In this document: in pieces, positions 1 through 14,179 of the stretch
How the letters are laid out: every line of letters begins with the position of its first letter
Numbering within the stretch: the stretch's first letter is position 1
DNA from: Marsupella aquatica
Taxonomy: Eukaryota > Plantae > Marchantiophyta
Length of the DNA: 64,000 bases
Assembly: GCA_973895155.1 (NCBI GenBank)
Contig: OZ316897.1
Location: 4,248,211 to 4,312,210, forward strand
Reading direction: 5' to 3'
The notes under the pieces: generated by a model
Told to the model about the DNA's origin: nothing
Databases searched by the model: none
The model's input: only the letters and a program-made list of their open reading frames with translations
Program-made: the position numbers and the translations under genes

Positions 1-149
1 AGACTGAAGCAAGCCCTATATAGCAACTCGATTCAGGTCGTCGACCCACATCTAGACAGCTTCAAATTTGTAGCACTCAAAGGATTCGGGTTATAATCAT
101 CTGCAGTTGCGCACCGGAAGTTTCTTCGCAGACTAGACTAAAGCAAAGG

Positions 150-3100
150 ATGCCTGCGCCGGGATGGAAAAAGAAGACCAAGAGTCCGTCTGGGGTTGGA
201 TTAACGCTCTTGAACATTAGAAAGGCTGCTCACAAGGCATATATCGATGCGGAAGATAAAGCTAGCAAGGATGTCCTGGAATCCGTTCTAGAAGTCCGGG
301 ATTTGGATGAGGTGATGGAGCAGGCGGAACTGGCTGGCCGTCTCTTCGCAGCCAATAATCCTCTTCCGGACCTTCTTATTAGCTCGTGAGTTTCTGATCA
401 CTCTCCTAATGCTTTCCTTTGCAAGGGTGCTTGCTTTCTTCTTCTGCTCTTGGACTTCATTGACATAAAAAGTTGACCTAAATACTTTTCGAATTGTGCA
501 GGGAGGTCAATCAGGAGAACCTCACTCCTTCAGAACAGAGAGAGCAACGGCATGTCGAGGAAGCCCTTCACAGAGCCAGCCTTGTTGTGCCCAGAAGGTT
601 CGGCTTGCTAACAGTCCGCACTCCAGTTTCTTTGTCCCCAGACCTTCTTTCATTCATATGATCACACAATTCGACCCGGAGACGTAGGGAATTTCTTATT
701 TGCGTACTGGGATTGAAAATGATCGCACTCATAAAGGCTAGTTGGATTTGCAGACCTAAATGGATTCCTGGAATGACAGCAGAGGAACTCGATGTTGAGG
801 AGCGAAAAGCATTTTTGAGCTGGCGTCGAGGACTAGCTCGGTATTGATTCGCACCTTTGCAAGACCTTTCGGGCAAAGTCTGCTTAGTTTAGGGTTTCTC
901 GACAGCTCTCTTACACTTGTTTTTCACCCTGGTGATATTGATTTTGTCAGGACTTGCGTTGACAGATACCTTTAATGACTGCACTTAAATGAGGGAGATG
1001 ATGTTAGTGCCTCCGCTGAGTCTCTAAGCTGAGTAGGAGGACATGTCACAGCTCTGTAGCTGCTGTTGACGTTCTCTGCTAGGACCCACAGGATTTGATT
1101 TAATGGGTTCCTTGTGTTGAGGCAGGTTAGAAGACAATGAAAAGCTTGTCATTACTCCGTTTGAGAAAAACCTTGACATTTGGAGGCAACTTTGGAGGGT
1201 TCTTGAACGAAGTGATTTGGTAGGATTTGTCTCCATTCGATCTACCCTTGGCCTCCTGGGGGAACATGTGAAATATCTACTGTGGTCAGAACGAACATTC
1301 TTGTATTTTTGGCGTATGCTAGGTAGGTTAGTCAGAATGTCGGTGTAGATAAGTACTGTCAGATTGCCCTTAATGTTCTCATGGGTTCCAGTTTCTCATT
1401 TTCTTCAATCCCTTTTGGTGCAGATTGTTCTGGTAGTAGATGCACGAAATCCCCTATTCTACCGAAGCCCTGATTTGGAGGTAATTGTTTTTTGATGAGC
1501 ATCCATTTTCCTTTCCAGTACGAAATCGTCGTTTCGACTGTAACGTCAGCTGAATTTAGTGCTCAAACCGATGAAGTATGCGATTTGTTTTCTAGTCATA
1601 TTTTGGGGCGTGGTGTCGCGTGGCGTGGCGTTGGCTTCCATTTGTACTTTCCAGGTAGGGGGAGTTATGAAGCATCAGGCCAGAGTTGCTAATCTGTTTA
1701 CTTTCTGGCAAAGTCAACAGGCTTATGTGCGGGAGCTGGATGCAAACAAAAAAGTAACGTTGCTTTTGAACAAAGCAGATTTACTGACAAGCTCTGCAAG
1801 GTATGAAACTACAGATTCACTTCGCAGTGGGCGAAGAAATTCTTCATGGCATCACGAAGTGTTGTTATTTAAACGGTCGCTTGTACCTACTCAAACGATT
1901 CTTAGAAATTTGAATTACATGGATACCCGGACTTACGCATATGTCACCTGTGTTGTACACACGCAGGCAAGAGTGGGCCACATATCTTCAATCGCAAGGA
2001 CTACCATTTTTTTTCTGGTCAGCGAAGGCAGCTACAGCAATCCTTGAAGGGAAGGCTGAAAGCTCCACAAATGTCTCGCTTCAGCAAAGTTTGGGAGTGG
2101 AATCTGATGATCCCATTCATGTCCTTGGGAGAGAAGAGCTTTTACAAAGACTTCAGAAAGAGGCAGAAGCTATAGTCTGTCGACAGAGAGAGGCTTCACG
2201 AACTGCATTGTCGAAGCACGTGAGTGGGAAGTCTCTTGACATAAATGGAGACGTAGCAGATGAAGGCCAAAAGGGACCAGCTGAAATTAGAGGAGACTTG
2301 GGAACTTCGAGGAGGGTGGTCGTAGGGTTTGTTGGTTATCCAAATGTTGGAAAAAGTTCCACAATCAATGCTTTAGTTGGGGAGAAAAAAACTGGAGTTA
2401 CGTCTACGCCTGGGAAAACAAAGCATTTTCAAACGCTCATCATAAATGAGAAGCTGATGCTTTGTGACTGTCCTGGGTTGGTTTTTCCATCATTCTCAAG
2501 TTCGAAGTCAGAGATGGTGGCCTCCGGAGTCTTGCCGATTGATAAGTTGACTGATCACAGGGGTCCAGTTCAAGTTGTGGCAGATAATGTACCTAGGGCA
2601 GCACTAGAGGCTACTTATGGAATCTCTTTACCAAAACCCAAGCTGTACGAAGATCAAACTCGGCCTCCATCAGCTGCTGAGTTACTTTTCGTCTTTGCTG
2701 TTTCTCGGGGGTATTTTGCGAATGGTGGTTTGCCTGATGAGACACGTGCAGCACGACTGATATTGAAGGATTATTTAAGTGGGAAGCTTCCGTATTGTCA
2801 TTCGCCACCTAGTAGTTCTGATGTTAGTGTTTCAGAGCCCAACGTAGATGCCCCAAACTATGAGGAGTCATCGGAAGATGACCTTGAACCAGCCAAGGAC
2901 TTAACAGGAGAGGACGTAGGAGAAGAAACAGATGAAGAAGGTGAGGAAAGCGTCAGTGCATTGAGTAGGATCTCACTGAAGGAGCAGGAACCGGAGAGCA
3001 TGCCATCTCCTAAAGATGTAGAACCAGCTGAAAGTTCTGCCCACTTGTTAGGAGTAGTTGATTCCACAGGTGCTAACATGGCTCGAGTATTTGAGGATTT

Positions 3101-3314
3101 GGATTCAAGCGTGGGCAGTGATCTGAAAGCGAATAGTGGCAAGGGTCAGAAATCCAGTAGTGCCTCACACAAGTTGCACAAGAAGGCTGCTAGAAAGAAG
3201 GATCGGTCCTGGAGAGCTGGTGGGAAGCAATCTGTCATACCCCAAGTAAGTGGTGTTCAAATCCCCGTTAGTCACGGTGCTGCTGACCGATATCAAGTGC
3301 AAGTATTTGAGTGA
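150..3314 (+). CDS. LSG1: Large subunit GTPase 1 (circularly permuted YlqF/YawG-family GTPase), 7 exons (~150-385, 502-597, 754-841, 1126-1219, 1424-1480, 1721-1800, 1967-3314)
   Basis: Spliced exons give the LSG1 motifs WRRGLA, TPFEKNLDIWRQLWRVLERSDL, VVDARNPLFYRSPDLE, LLNKADLL (G4), GYPNVGKSST (G1), TPGKTKHFQT and DCPG (G3). GT-AG boundaries are visible; exon edges are approximate. Confidence 0.95.
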
Positions 3315-6300
3315 AGGTCCATTCGTTCCGACCAATATGTAGTTGAGATCGAAAGAAAATCATCTTAGGGGGCAATTCTTACCTCTACTTAAAATTCACT
3401 CTCCCTACTTTTAACAGCTTGTAATTAAGAAAAAAAATTCTTGAGTAGTCCACGACTAGGCTATGTGAAGTGGTCTCAAATTGGTCTGTTAGTCATCCTT
3501 CTTTTTCTAAACCATTTCGGGAGTCGGTGAAATTTTGAGTATCTTCCCTCCTGCTGAATCTGCTTGCCAAGCGCACACCGTCTCCCCCCTCGCCATCCGT
3601 GCCAGCCGACTTCGCTGCTCTTGCAATTCCTTTGCAATTTCTTTATGATGTCATCTCGTGGCCCGCACTGGGTGGGTTTCACCATATGGGTTTCATTAAC
3701 CATCAGTCTTGTGGTTCAATCCCGGCATGTAAGACATCGGCCATTTGACGAACTGTTCGACCACAGACCATCAACTACCAACTTCTGAGTAAGAGCTCAA
3801 TAGTTTATGTGGCTGTTGAGGAGTTGAATTGAATTGGACATTCTTGGTGCAAGTAGCATCCGTCAAACTCCAGAACCTGTGCAATGAATTGCTTAAGCTC
3901 AACTACCTATGCTTGGGCTTTACTGTCAATTATGTTTTGGCTCATCTCACGGTTAAGCCCAGCAAGGGAAGGCTTGGACTCTTTAACCCACCTGATCCTC
4001 AAGGATATCTCCCCGAGCTGGACGCACTGGGTTTTTATGCCACATTGCTTCTCATAGAGTAAGATGATGGTCTGTTAGTACATTGATGGCTGCTAACCCG
4101 TGCGCTTTGGCTGGGTTGAGCGTCTTGGGTTTGGCTGGGTTGAGCGTCTCCACCCGGCTTTGCATTCGTGTGTGCATGAAAGCCTTTGAGCACTTTATGT
4201 GAAACGTCTTCTTTCTGGATGTTGGGAAAACGGACGAGACGGTTTACCAGTTTAGAGAGGAATATCCTTATTTTGAACCTTTCTAATAAGTCAAAGGCTG
4301 TCACCTCGTTTCATGGGACAGACGTTTTCACATAAAGCCTTAAACCCTAAAACGTTTTTATGCAGTTGCCAAACTCTGGCTGGTGCCTCAGAGGGGCTTA
4401 ATCTGCCAGCATCAACTGTTGTCATCCTTCGTTGGCATGGTGCCTCTCCTGAGAATCCCTTCCCACGTAATATATCCATGAAGCATTGATAGGTTGCCCA
4501 GATAAACTAGAAGTCCTGAGCAGGATAAGTCGTCAGTGGTTTCAGAAGTTTTATCATGGGATTACAAGGGTGATGGTAACCACCATTGTAGTTTTCAGCG
4601 TCCCCCGTTTGAACTAATGGTGATAGCATCCCACAATGAGGCGAAATATAACTCATTCGAGACAAGAAGCGGCTATGTTTCCTCGTATTTATGTGTTATT
4701 TATGTTTATAAATAACTCCGTGACATAGCTTTCTCTCAATAACACAAAGAATCCAAGAGAAGAAAACCGGTCACTATTAAAATCACTGTCACAGCCTTAT
4801 CAGACTCATTGTCCTGCTCCTGGCTAGAATAGCAGATCTCTCTGAGTTTAGGACCCTACAGTTATCACTCTATTGTGAAATCAATGACACAATCTCCAAT
4901 CAAAAGTAAGGACCAATCTTCTCTATAGTATCTGTAAAAGAAAACACAAAGAGCCTAGCATCCATTCATCACATCCTAGCCCGAGTTCACATTTGAGCGG
5001 AGGTAGCCACATATACCCTGAAAATACTCGCCATGCCAGCTCGTAAAGACAACAACGAACTCACGAGGGTCATTTTGCATTTGACAATATCATTTTGCAT
5101 AGCTGCCACAATTTGTGGGACTAAGAAAAAGCTGCCTCCGTTTTATCCGGGTCTATCTCAGGTTTCCTGTCCCACCTTCATCCTTTCATACAAAAAAACC
5201 CTCTGAATCCAGCTCAAGGGAACTTTGCAAGAAACTCCTTATTCCTGCTGCGCAGAGACCAAAGATTCCTGACCTACATGTATATCTTCAAGCACACTGT
5301 CCTATATTGACAGTAGTAAAAACCTTTGACTAAACTAGTACCTGACGGTATGGCCTAAATCTTTTAGAACATCCGATCTCTAATATACAATTCATAAAGA
5401 AGGTTTTTCCACTCTCTACTGTACAGAGACTCATTGTGTCTCTCATCCCTTGAGAGGCTGACCACGCTCCAGGCTAGACGCTCCAGAAGACTGCCCATTT
5501 TTAGTAGTCTTAGTATCATTCTGGTCACAAGGTTCAGCGATGAAATTATCAGATCTGTGCCTAACTGAATGCATTAGGGACTCTTTACAACCACAATCAC
5601 CGGTCTGGATGACACAAAGGGCACGCCAAACCCCGAGTTAGAAGGCGTATCAGAGATTGGCAACCGGCCGGCGTCATGACCGATTAGTGCACTTAAATGA
5701 ATGAGATGTTCAGGCCTCAAATTATCAATCTATGATCTGATGGCCACCAAAACTTGCTCCGGCCCGTCTACTCCGCGCTCTCGTCCCTAAACATCACACC
5801 TGTAGATTAGATAGGAAGCTGATTAACTTTCACAAACATACAAATCTGACAAACTTCAGGAGAAAGCCTGTAGGGTATACCAGCGATCAACACGAGTTAA
5901 ATCGATACAACCAGATCAGTTCCTTACATTGACAATGTTCCAATCACTAGAATGACCAACGTCGCGAAAACCGTTCGTCCGGAAATTCTATTTCTAACCA
6001 GTTGTAAGCAAAAATTCAGAAGGCCAGAGTGACCCTCCGAGCAGCTAACTTACAACAGTAGCACTAGAATTGTAACTCAAATGGAAACCCTATATTTCAA
6101 GCATCATTAACCCGCCACGACGTTTAAAGCTTGTTAGATCTGCTCCAAAATAAGAGACACGAGAAGAGATAGCCTGAGCGTCATCGACTCTCAAAGAACA
6201 ATCGAACACCGAAGAAAGTGCATGCGTATTCCAGTTGTACTTGCTGGGAAACAGAAAATGGAACAAACAGACCTTGGTGGTGGGAAGTGACAAGGGATAA

Positions 6301-6385
6301 GAGCATTACACGTCTGGGTCCTTCACTAGAGTGGTAAGGTGGCTCTCAGCTGGCTGCAGGTTGCCATATTTCTTAATCGCGAGTC

Positions 6386-6803
6386 TCATAGAAAACCTAT
6401 GACGAAAGGTGAAGCGATAGTCCAACCCAGAAAGGCGTGCCATAAACCAAGTACCACGTCCCATGAGCTCGTCCAGTCACAGCTTTCCAGAGAGCGTCTT
6501 TCAATAACAGTAGATGCCTTCCCCAACAACACCCTCTCCAAGACGCAAGAATGGAACCACTGGAGTCGCAACAAGGTTAGCAATCAGCATAATAGGCGCG
6601 TTGCATCGAGATCCCAGTATCCAAATAGCGCAAACACCCATCAAAGCTGTCACGCCATATATAGGAAAAATACCCAGAGTGACTCCCAAAGCTGCAGACA
6701 TAGCCAGTGTCTTCGGTTCTGCCCCCCTCCGCATGACGGAAACCAGTGGCTCACTTACATTTTGGCGTAACTAGTTTACTACCCAATTATTGCCCCAAGC
6801 CAT
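6386..6803 (-). pseudogene. Intronless pseudogene of a plant DUF2062-like membrane protein
   Basis: RRGAEPKTLAMSAALGVTLGIFPIYGVT...NAPIMLIANLVATP..PFLRLGE..SWDVVLGLWHAFLGW resembles plant DUF2062 proteins. There is an in-frame TAG at codon 11 after the ATG at 6803, frameshifts near 6520 and 6465, and an early stop at 6386. Confidence 0.7.
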
Positions 6804-8129
6804 TGCTAGACACTGACTCGAGAAATTCTTACCACTGCTTATCGGTGAAAGCCCTTCTCTGGCTTACTTGTACCCTCTTAGAGGGTCCAGAAGTTCTAAC
6901 CCCCTAGCAAAATTTCCAACCGGTGCAATGACTACGGTGACAGCGAATGGCAGACTCCGGCGAAGAATTCAGGAGAGGATCATGCCAACCTGGCCGGACT
7001 AAGTCATTGTGCAAAGAATCACTTCAGCCCGCATGTATATCGATAATTAGGTCTGATCCTACTCCGCTTTCGAGCAAATCTCTCGAATAAAGATCTCTCT
7101 GCTACCGTGTGCTCTGCTCTTCAGCCCAATCGTTAATCGATTTGTACAAACCCTTGACTACTTTCGTGAAGCCCCAGACTTGAAATCCAGACACCAAATC
7201 CCAATTAAATCCCGTCTTTTTGACCTGCGACCTCTAACGTTCGTCCTCGAGGTAACCGGTTTTCGGCAGATCTTAAACAAGAGCAGTGCCCTTGCAGACT
7301 ACTGCATGTAGTGATAACCCTTCTGAGCTCTCATCTGAGCAACAAAACTAAGCAAGTCACCCAATGACGTTTCCACACGCTCAATTTGGTCTTCTCTGTG
7401 TTACTCAGTAGCAATTTTCTGCTTCCCTTCCCTTCCCTTTCACCTTCACCCTCAGTAGCTTCTCCCTTCGCCAATTTTTAGCCATCAAACGCCATCATGG
7501 GAAATTTTGACCACTTTGGCACTAGCCCTAAATTGCTTTAATAAAACATGAAGCTAGACAGTCCTCCACTCAAGCTTTCTCTAAATTAAACCACACACCA
7601 ACCGCTGTCCAAAACCTTTCTATCCCCTGATCAATGCAGCCCTGAGGAAGTTTTCCAATAAACGAAGGATCGCATTCAGAGAGCCCTTTGTAGATTCACT
7701 CCATTTCACAAGGATCATTGTATCTATTTCACGCCATCCTCCATCAATCTCCATCCTTATCACAGTAGCACACTCCTGGTCAGAAGGACGAGTTGTAGAA
7801 CCCAAGAGCAGAAAAACAGTGAAACAGTAACAAAAACATCACGCTTTAACAAGCCACACTCTGCTGTTGTCGAGTGCCCGGAAAGTGGAAAGCTCGAGGC
7901 CGCACTCCTGCTGTTGATTGCTTCACCTCCCACCTCCTCCGCTTCCTCCCTCGCAATCAAGAGCTTCTCTCGAGTCTCGACGACGCGCCCTCCCACAACT
8001 CTCAGGGCTAAGTCACACTGAGTACCAGAGCCAAATGGTAACTACTTGGTGAAAGGGCGCACATGGGAGCACCATCATCAAGCAGGATCAAAGACTAGCA
8101 CGGTTAGCATTGCAGAGCATCAGCCGTCA

Positions 8130-8450
8130 CTTGGAGCAAAGTGAGATTTTTCTCCCCTGCACAAATCTGGTTTGATGCTTATCGACTAGCTTCGGTACAA
8201 TAGGACGGACAACACCATCAAATGTCTCCAATCTGTCGAAAAGATGGACGGAGGCTCTTTTGGTACGAGTAATACGACACCTCGAGCTGCGTTCACAGAA
8301 AGTACTCTGATCATGATCATGTTAATGCAGGCCATGCTAATGAATCCCCATCCTTCCTGTAAAATCTCATATATAAGCTCGTACAGCCGAGGAGACTTTC
8401 TCGTTAGCGGACGCAATCTTGACTATCTCCTCTTCGGTTGGAACCACTAC
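8130..8450 (-). mobile_element. Degenerate LINE (L1-like) reverse-transcriptase fragment
   Basis: Frameshifted pieces PTEEEIVK, KSP..LYEILQEGWGFI, RGVVLLVPK..DWRHL and PIVPKLVDKHQTRFVQGRKI match the N-terminal blocks of non-LTR RT. Confidence 0.65.
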
Positions 8451-9002
8451 CAGATTGGCATTATCGTAGTCCAATACCTTTGCTGTAATAGGCTCTAATA
8501 CTCGCTCCTGTTCCAATTTGGTGCTATCCACTTTGGTATGTGAAGTAAGATACTTTGCCTAGTGTGTAGCTCAGCCATTATGGGGTGTCTCACGGTCGAA
8601 AACGGTGCCATCTGGAATTTAAAGCTTTGATCGTCTCATTAGCGTGGTTCACCTCCATCAGTGCCAAAAACGCTGGAAGGTGCATCCCCAGCTTTCATCC
8701 ACCTCGTCCGACTACCCTACCTCCATCTTACCGCATATGCACGGTCCTCCTTCCACAGCTTGTCTTCCAGCTCAACAACTCTTAGACCCACCTCTTAGTT
8801 CGCCTCCGCCATCTAGATACGCAAGGATTTTAGAAGTTGTAGTTACTCAATCTTTAATTTCCCCTACGTCTGAAGGACATCTTCGCTCTCAGATATAACT
8901 GAAGAAGCGCCAAAAATTAATTAACATGTGTGAAGGTATCCACAAAGTTAGTGAGAAAACTGACTGACGTTCACGTGAGTAAGCTTCATACGGAGGCCTT
9001 AC

Positions 9003-10172
9003 CTATTTTTTCTTTTTCCCACTCTTTCCAGATTTCCCTGCGGTTGCACTGGCCCCTGCAGCTGCAGACGCATCTCCATTTTTTTTGTTCACGCGGCCTT
9101 GATGTTTGGGAATCAGTTCAGCTACCTTGAGCATAAGAGCCGTCCCTGCAGAATTTCACCCATCAGGTGACTATCGGTTGGGTCATCTATCGATTGATAA
9201 GCACCTTCACGTTGACGATGCTTTTATAAGTCGAATTCAGCTACCGTGCAGTAAATAAATAAGGAAGACATACTTGTAGGAACGGCTGAATTCATAGGAA
9301 GGCCATCCTCTCTCTTCAATTGAACTCGTACTCGTCCTCTTTGCATAAAATCCCTAGAGTAGGCTTTCGTAAGCTGCATCCAGCAATACAAAGCGACATT
9401 GGTATGAGCTTGAGCTTACTCGGCTCCAGCTTAAGTACGATTTCAAATAAAAGTGAATTTAATCCATGATTGAGCTCGGGAAGTAAATCGTCCTCTAAAC
9501 TTATCAATATCCTCGGTAGCTCGCTTGAGAGAAAGATCAGTCGGGCTGGGACTTGCATACCACTAATAAATGAGGCGTCATAACACAAAAACATGAAGGG
9601 GGGCCAAAAATTGAGACACTGTTCAGTACCTCCCCAAAGCGACGGTCAGGCATGGCTAGGAATTATGTCGATGAAGTTCAAGCAGGAATCGATCAAAACG
9701 TAACCCTAACACAAAAACACTAATGCAGGCATGAAAGCACAGAGGATTTAACTCGTAATGCAGCAGTGAGAAAAAAGGAGAAATGGCACACTAGAATCAG
9801 ACAGAGAGGCTTTAGGTGATTCAGGGAGGTCATGCCCACATTTCGAATCTCAACACCATAGCTACTTTAATAAGGTTCAAGTCATAATCGAACAAGAGCT
9901 GACCGTGGAAAACAAACCTAACACACCAATCAAAGCATATGGAACTCAATACGAAAACAGCAATGAGAGAAGGGAACGTGCAACACCTCAACGAGACAGG
10001 GCAGCTTCAAATAATTGCAACAGTCGTGAATTTCTGCCACGTTTGGATTCTGAACACCTTGGCTACTGCTGATTCGCCTTCCCTCCGCAATCGTTTTCTT
10101 AGAATTGATATAAATGGGGTAGAAGATCACCCATCGCGTCACATCCGCGGGTTCTGAAGAAATGCAGGCCAT
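9003..10172 (-). CDS. SRP19: Signal recognition particle 19 kDa protein, 3 exons (10172-9987, 9373-9274, 9145-9003)
   Basis: WVIFYPIYINSKKTIAEGRRI / KAYSRDFMQRGRVRVQLKREDG / LMLKVAELIPKH...GKKKK*, with canonical splice sites. Confidence 0.95.
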
Positions 10173-10809
10173 GGTGTCGATCGACAAAACCCCTCCGTAG
10201 CTAACAGGCAGCAACTTTAACCCCTTTCGCGTCGGCACATCAGTGCACGCGAACAAATTTTGGACCTAGGAACTTATTCTCGCAAGTCACAAATCAGCGC
10301 CAACAAAGTGCCACTCACACGCAGAACAGAACCGATCTAGTTCGGACAATTTGTGTTGTCTGTAGATCGATGCAAAGGGAAACACACACACTGATTACTC
10401 CTCGATGAATCAGGCGGTAGATGGGACTGGAGCTTCAATCAATCTCTCGACCTTTTGCATCGATGACTTTGGATCACACCGTAGACTTACCACACCTTGG
10501 GGAAGCACACCTACAACTCCCACACCAACCAGCTGGGACGTTGAATTCACACTTAACACAATAATGTTTGCAGAATTCGGACTCGCTTTGCTGTTCTGTA
10601 GTGAGGTGCCGAACACTATTTATGATGAGTTTGATTTGATTTGAAGCTACGAATTTAATTCTCTTTCGTCTCTTTCGACTGTATATCCTACGATTCTCGA
10701 ATTCCAATCGGACCTACTTCCATGGAAACTGCCAATGTACTCCCACGCCAGACAAGAAAGGGTCAATGACAAAGATGGTTGACTGGAGCATCATTCCCGA
10801 TTCCTTGAA

Positions 10810-11290
10810 ATTTGTTTTGGCTTTATATATATGCTGTGGAACCCCACGGAAAAGGGGAAACAAGCAGCCCGGCCAAGGCACCAGAAACACAAAACAAACC
10901 GCAGCCCAGGGCAAAACCCCCCGGCCCACCACAGACATCACACCTCACCCAAATGGTAGGCCCCAAAAGCAAGGGGCCAAGAGTCACACCTCACCCAAAT
11001 GGTAGGCCCCCAAAAGCAAGGGGCCAAGAGCCAGCTACCAACCTGGCAGCACAAGCCCACATCAAACATCTATAACATAACCACTATGGTGAGATCTCAG
11101 CCAACTCCTACGCTGGGATGCAATCTAGTCTTGTGCAGAGAACAAACGCAACTGTTTCTTATCAAAGGGAAGTCCCCAACCCACGCCAAACAGATTGTCT
11201 ACCACCTCAGAAAGCACAAGCCCGCAATCAAAGGTCCTCACCGGAGCATCATTCCCTATTACTCTGGTGGGGACCAGATATTCTCTGCTA
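10810..11290 (-). mobile_element. 5'-truncated LINE 3' end; contains a ~46-bp tandem duplication (10939-11030)
   Basis: The minus strand ends GCTTGTTTCCCCTTTTCCGTGGGGTTC plus an A-rich tail, matching the 3' end of the LINE at 18989-19040. Confidence 0.55.
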
Positions 11291-11666
11291 GTTTATAGAA
11301 ATAAGCAAACTCAATTTTGTCTTTCACATGAGTGAGAAAGAAAGCCAAGATGGACCAAGGTTGGTTGTGAAACCCAGATGGATTTGCAAAGCTTGGATGG
11401 ACTAGTTCAGACCCTCTAAATAAACTTGGGTGGCATTTTTTATGGCTTTAACTGAAATTTGACTTGTAAACTGGCTCTTTCCAATTTGCAATTGGTTTTA
11501 TTTAGTTCACCTAGTGGTAAGTTGCTCTTCATGTCCATTCTCTAGGTGACCTTGACAAAACTGTAAAGTAGTTCACAATGGTGGTAGTTTGTAGCTCATG
11601 CCGGAACTACTCAAAAAGTCTTTCACAAAAGCAAAGCGTTCGTTGGTAGTTAGTTTATAACATTTT

Positions 11667-12126
11667 TGTAGGATCAAAACGGACAGTATAACGTCTCATT
11701 ATCACTCATATAGCACTCAAGTATACCGACACAAAGGTACGTGGTTCACCAAGTCAAGGCTACATCCACGGCCACACCAAGAGCTTCAAAAGTACATATC
11801 ACCATAGTGTGGGGAGAAATCAGATCAGGAAAAACACTCCAAACATACATGTGCTCTATAGTTTCGTGGTTTGCCTCAAGGTCGACTACGTCCACGGGAA
11901 GACAAAGCTTTATTAACGGTTGTCTCTACTCAAGCATCACCATAGCTTTCATCTCTTCAAGCCCTCATCTCTTGCTATATCCCTATGTTCTCTCTTGAGA
12001 ACTCTCTTGTGTGCTCTCACACCACAATAAGGATCAATCTCTTCAACTAGGGTTAGAGCAAACCCTAGTTAACATACTGACCATAGTTCAACCCAAGACT
12101 GAGTTAACCTCTACACATAGCTCCAT

Positions 12127-12165
<39 letters not shown>

Positions 12166-12310
12166 ACTAAGTGCTCTCACTCCATGGGATACAAATAGGG
12201 TTATCCCTTCATGAGAGTCTAGTCAACTAATGTTAACTCCGGTTAACTTACTCTAGTTAACCTAACCAAGATTGAGTCAAAATCCTAACAAACTCCCCCT
12301 TCCCCCTTGA
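11667..12310 (-). mobile_element. LTR (11667-12290) with adjacent polypurine tract
   Basis: TGTAGGAT...ATCCTAACA imperfect inverted ends. On the minus strand GGGGGAAGGGGGAGT directly precedes TGTTAGG. Contains a (CT)n run at ~12128-12162. Confidence 0.6.
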
Positions 12311-14179
12311 CTCTTACCTTGAGCTAGCTGCTAGCAATCTGAAGCTAAGATCTACAATGAATTGCAATGTCTTGCAAAATCACCATGGAGGATTTAACGA
12401 TGCAAGCAAACAGGAAAATAACTATTTTTCCACTTATTTAGAGGCCATGGCTTCCCTTGACAAGCCGAAATAGATATAAGCAAAAAAATCTATTTTTGAG
12501 GATTTATTTTTGCTGTTAACACAATTTTTTATCTTAGTTGTCTTGCTAAGAATATACTCACATGTTTCCTTTAAACCAAAAAAAGTTTTGTCCCCAAAAC
12601 TTTGAGAGAATTGTGCATGTTTCCCTGCATGTTTAAAGGATAATATTATTACTCGCTAATTTTGCTAGCAATAAGTTGATGAAATAGTGATTTTAGGCTC
12701 ATAAATGGATTTTTTGATTATTTGACATTGGTAGTGAGTCTCACCATCAATAGTTTGTGAAGTGTATTTTGATGAGTATTTTTTCCAATGAGGAAAGTTG
12801 GTGTGAAATAACCCTAAACTTAAGTTCGCTAGCAATGTTTTTTCTCACTGAAAATATAATTGTTTTTTCCTATTTACTATTTCTTGTTTACTCACATCCT
12901 TAAAACCCTCGATCCTCAAGCCAATCAATTTTACTCAAGTGCTCGGTAGTGAGTTTGGTCACAACGCCAAAAATGGGTTGACAATGAGAGGCCACCATAT
13001 CTAGTCCTTGTTGTGTTACTTGCAAATCAGGAACCATAGGACTGTGAGAGTTGATAGGTGCAATAAATCCTGATGTGCCCTCATAGAATTAGTCATCCGT
13101 CCTATTTCCACTCTCCAAGTTTGCCAAGTTTGTAGTCGACAAATTCTAGAGAGAGGAAAGCTTGAAATTTCAAAAATCATGCATTCAAAGAGTGAGACAA
13201 TTCTCTACACACAAAGTTAGCGCACCCAAACAAAAGCAAATAAGTTCAAATCCACACTGCACGGGCATAGCTTAAACTGGGGTAAGTCCATGTTCAGGAG
13301 GGCTACTTGCCGTCTCAAAGTTCATCCCCCTTTTGTGCATGAACAAAAAGCCAAAGTCGGCCATCATCTCGGGCAGGATTTTTGGGGGTCAAGTGTCCAA
13401 ACGCCTGTCGCAACTTGAGAACTTTGAGACATCGCCCTATTGGTGCAATCAAGGTCGCAAAATTGAAACAAATTACTCCATCTTATTGACAAGATATTTT
13501 GACAAATCCACCTTGACACCCTTCATCATTGCAAATTTGAGATTATCATTGTGATTGAAAGTTGAGACAAAAAACTCTTGCACAAGAAAAGTAGAATGTG
13601 TTATATGCCCATAGCTTTGGAGAGATGATGATGAGAGAGATGTATTTATCAAATGATGAATCAACATTTTATATAAGGTTATCTATAGGTTTGTGGTAAC
13701 CTTAGTTAGTCTAGATCTAGTTAATTCTAGTCATGTTACAATACTCTCACATGACTATATAGTGATAACTATGTAGACAATGAACTCTAGACCTACATTT
13801 GATTACCATGCTTATAGATTGCTCTTGATATAAGTACAAGTGAGGAGTATTTGTCTTGTTAAAACCTCGGGGGGTCACTCTATGAAGGGTCATACATCAC
13901 ATGCGACGGTTTGGGTCATTTATGACCCCCCTAAGTCACTTTCTATAAAGTTGTATGGCACCAATCATGTGATGACATGTATGCATTTTAAAATTAAACA
14001 ACCCTATATTTCCATAGAAGACTTAATAAGTCTTTCGCCAAAACCATTTAAATGGCCCTATACTTCGTTGCACATGATATGCCACTTCCATGAAAGTGAT
14101 CCCCCAAGGTTAAAACCTTTAGCATTTTTTGTGATGTAAAAATAACTCTATCATTATAATAGAGAAAAGAAAAAATTAT

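Noticed and set aside
1559-2047. 162-aa ORF as a separate gene
   Set aside because: It is an LSG1 exon read through its flanking introns.
12950-13000. Possible primer-binding site (minus strand TTTTTGGCGTTGTGACC)
   Set aside because: I could not link it to a defined LTR pair or coding region.
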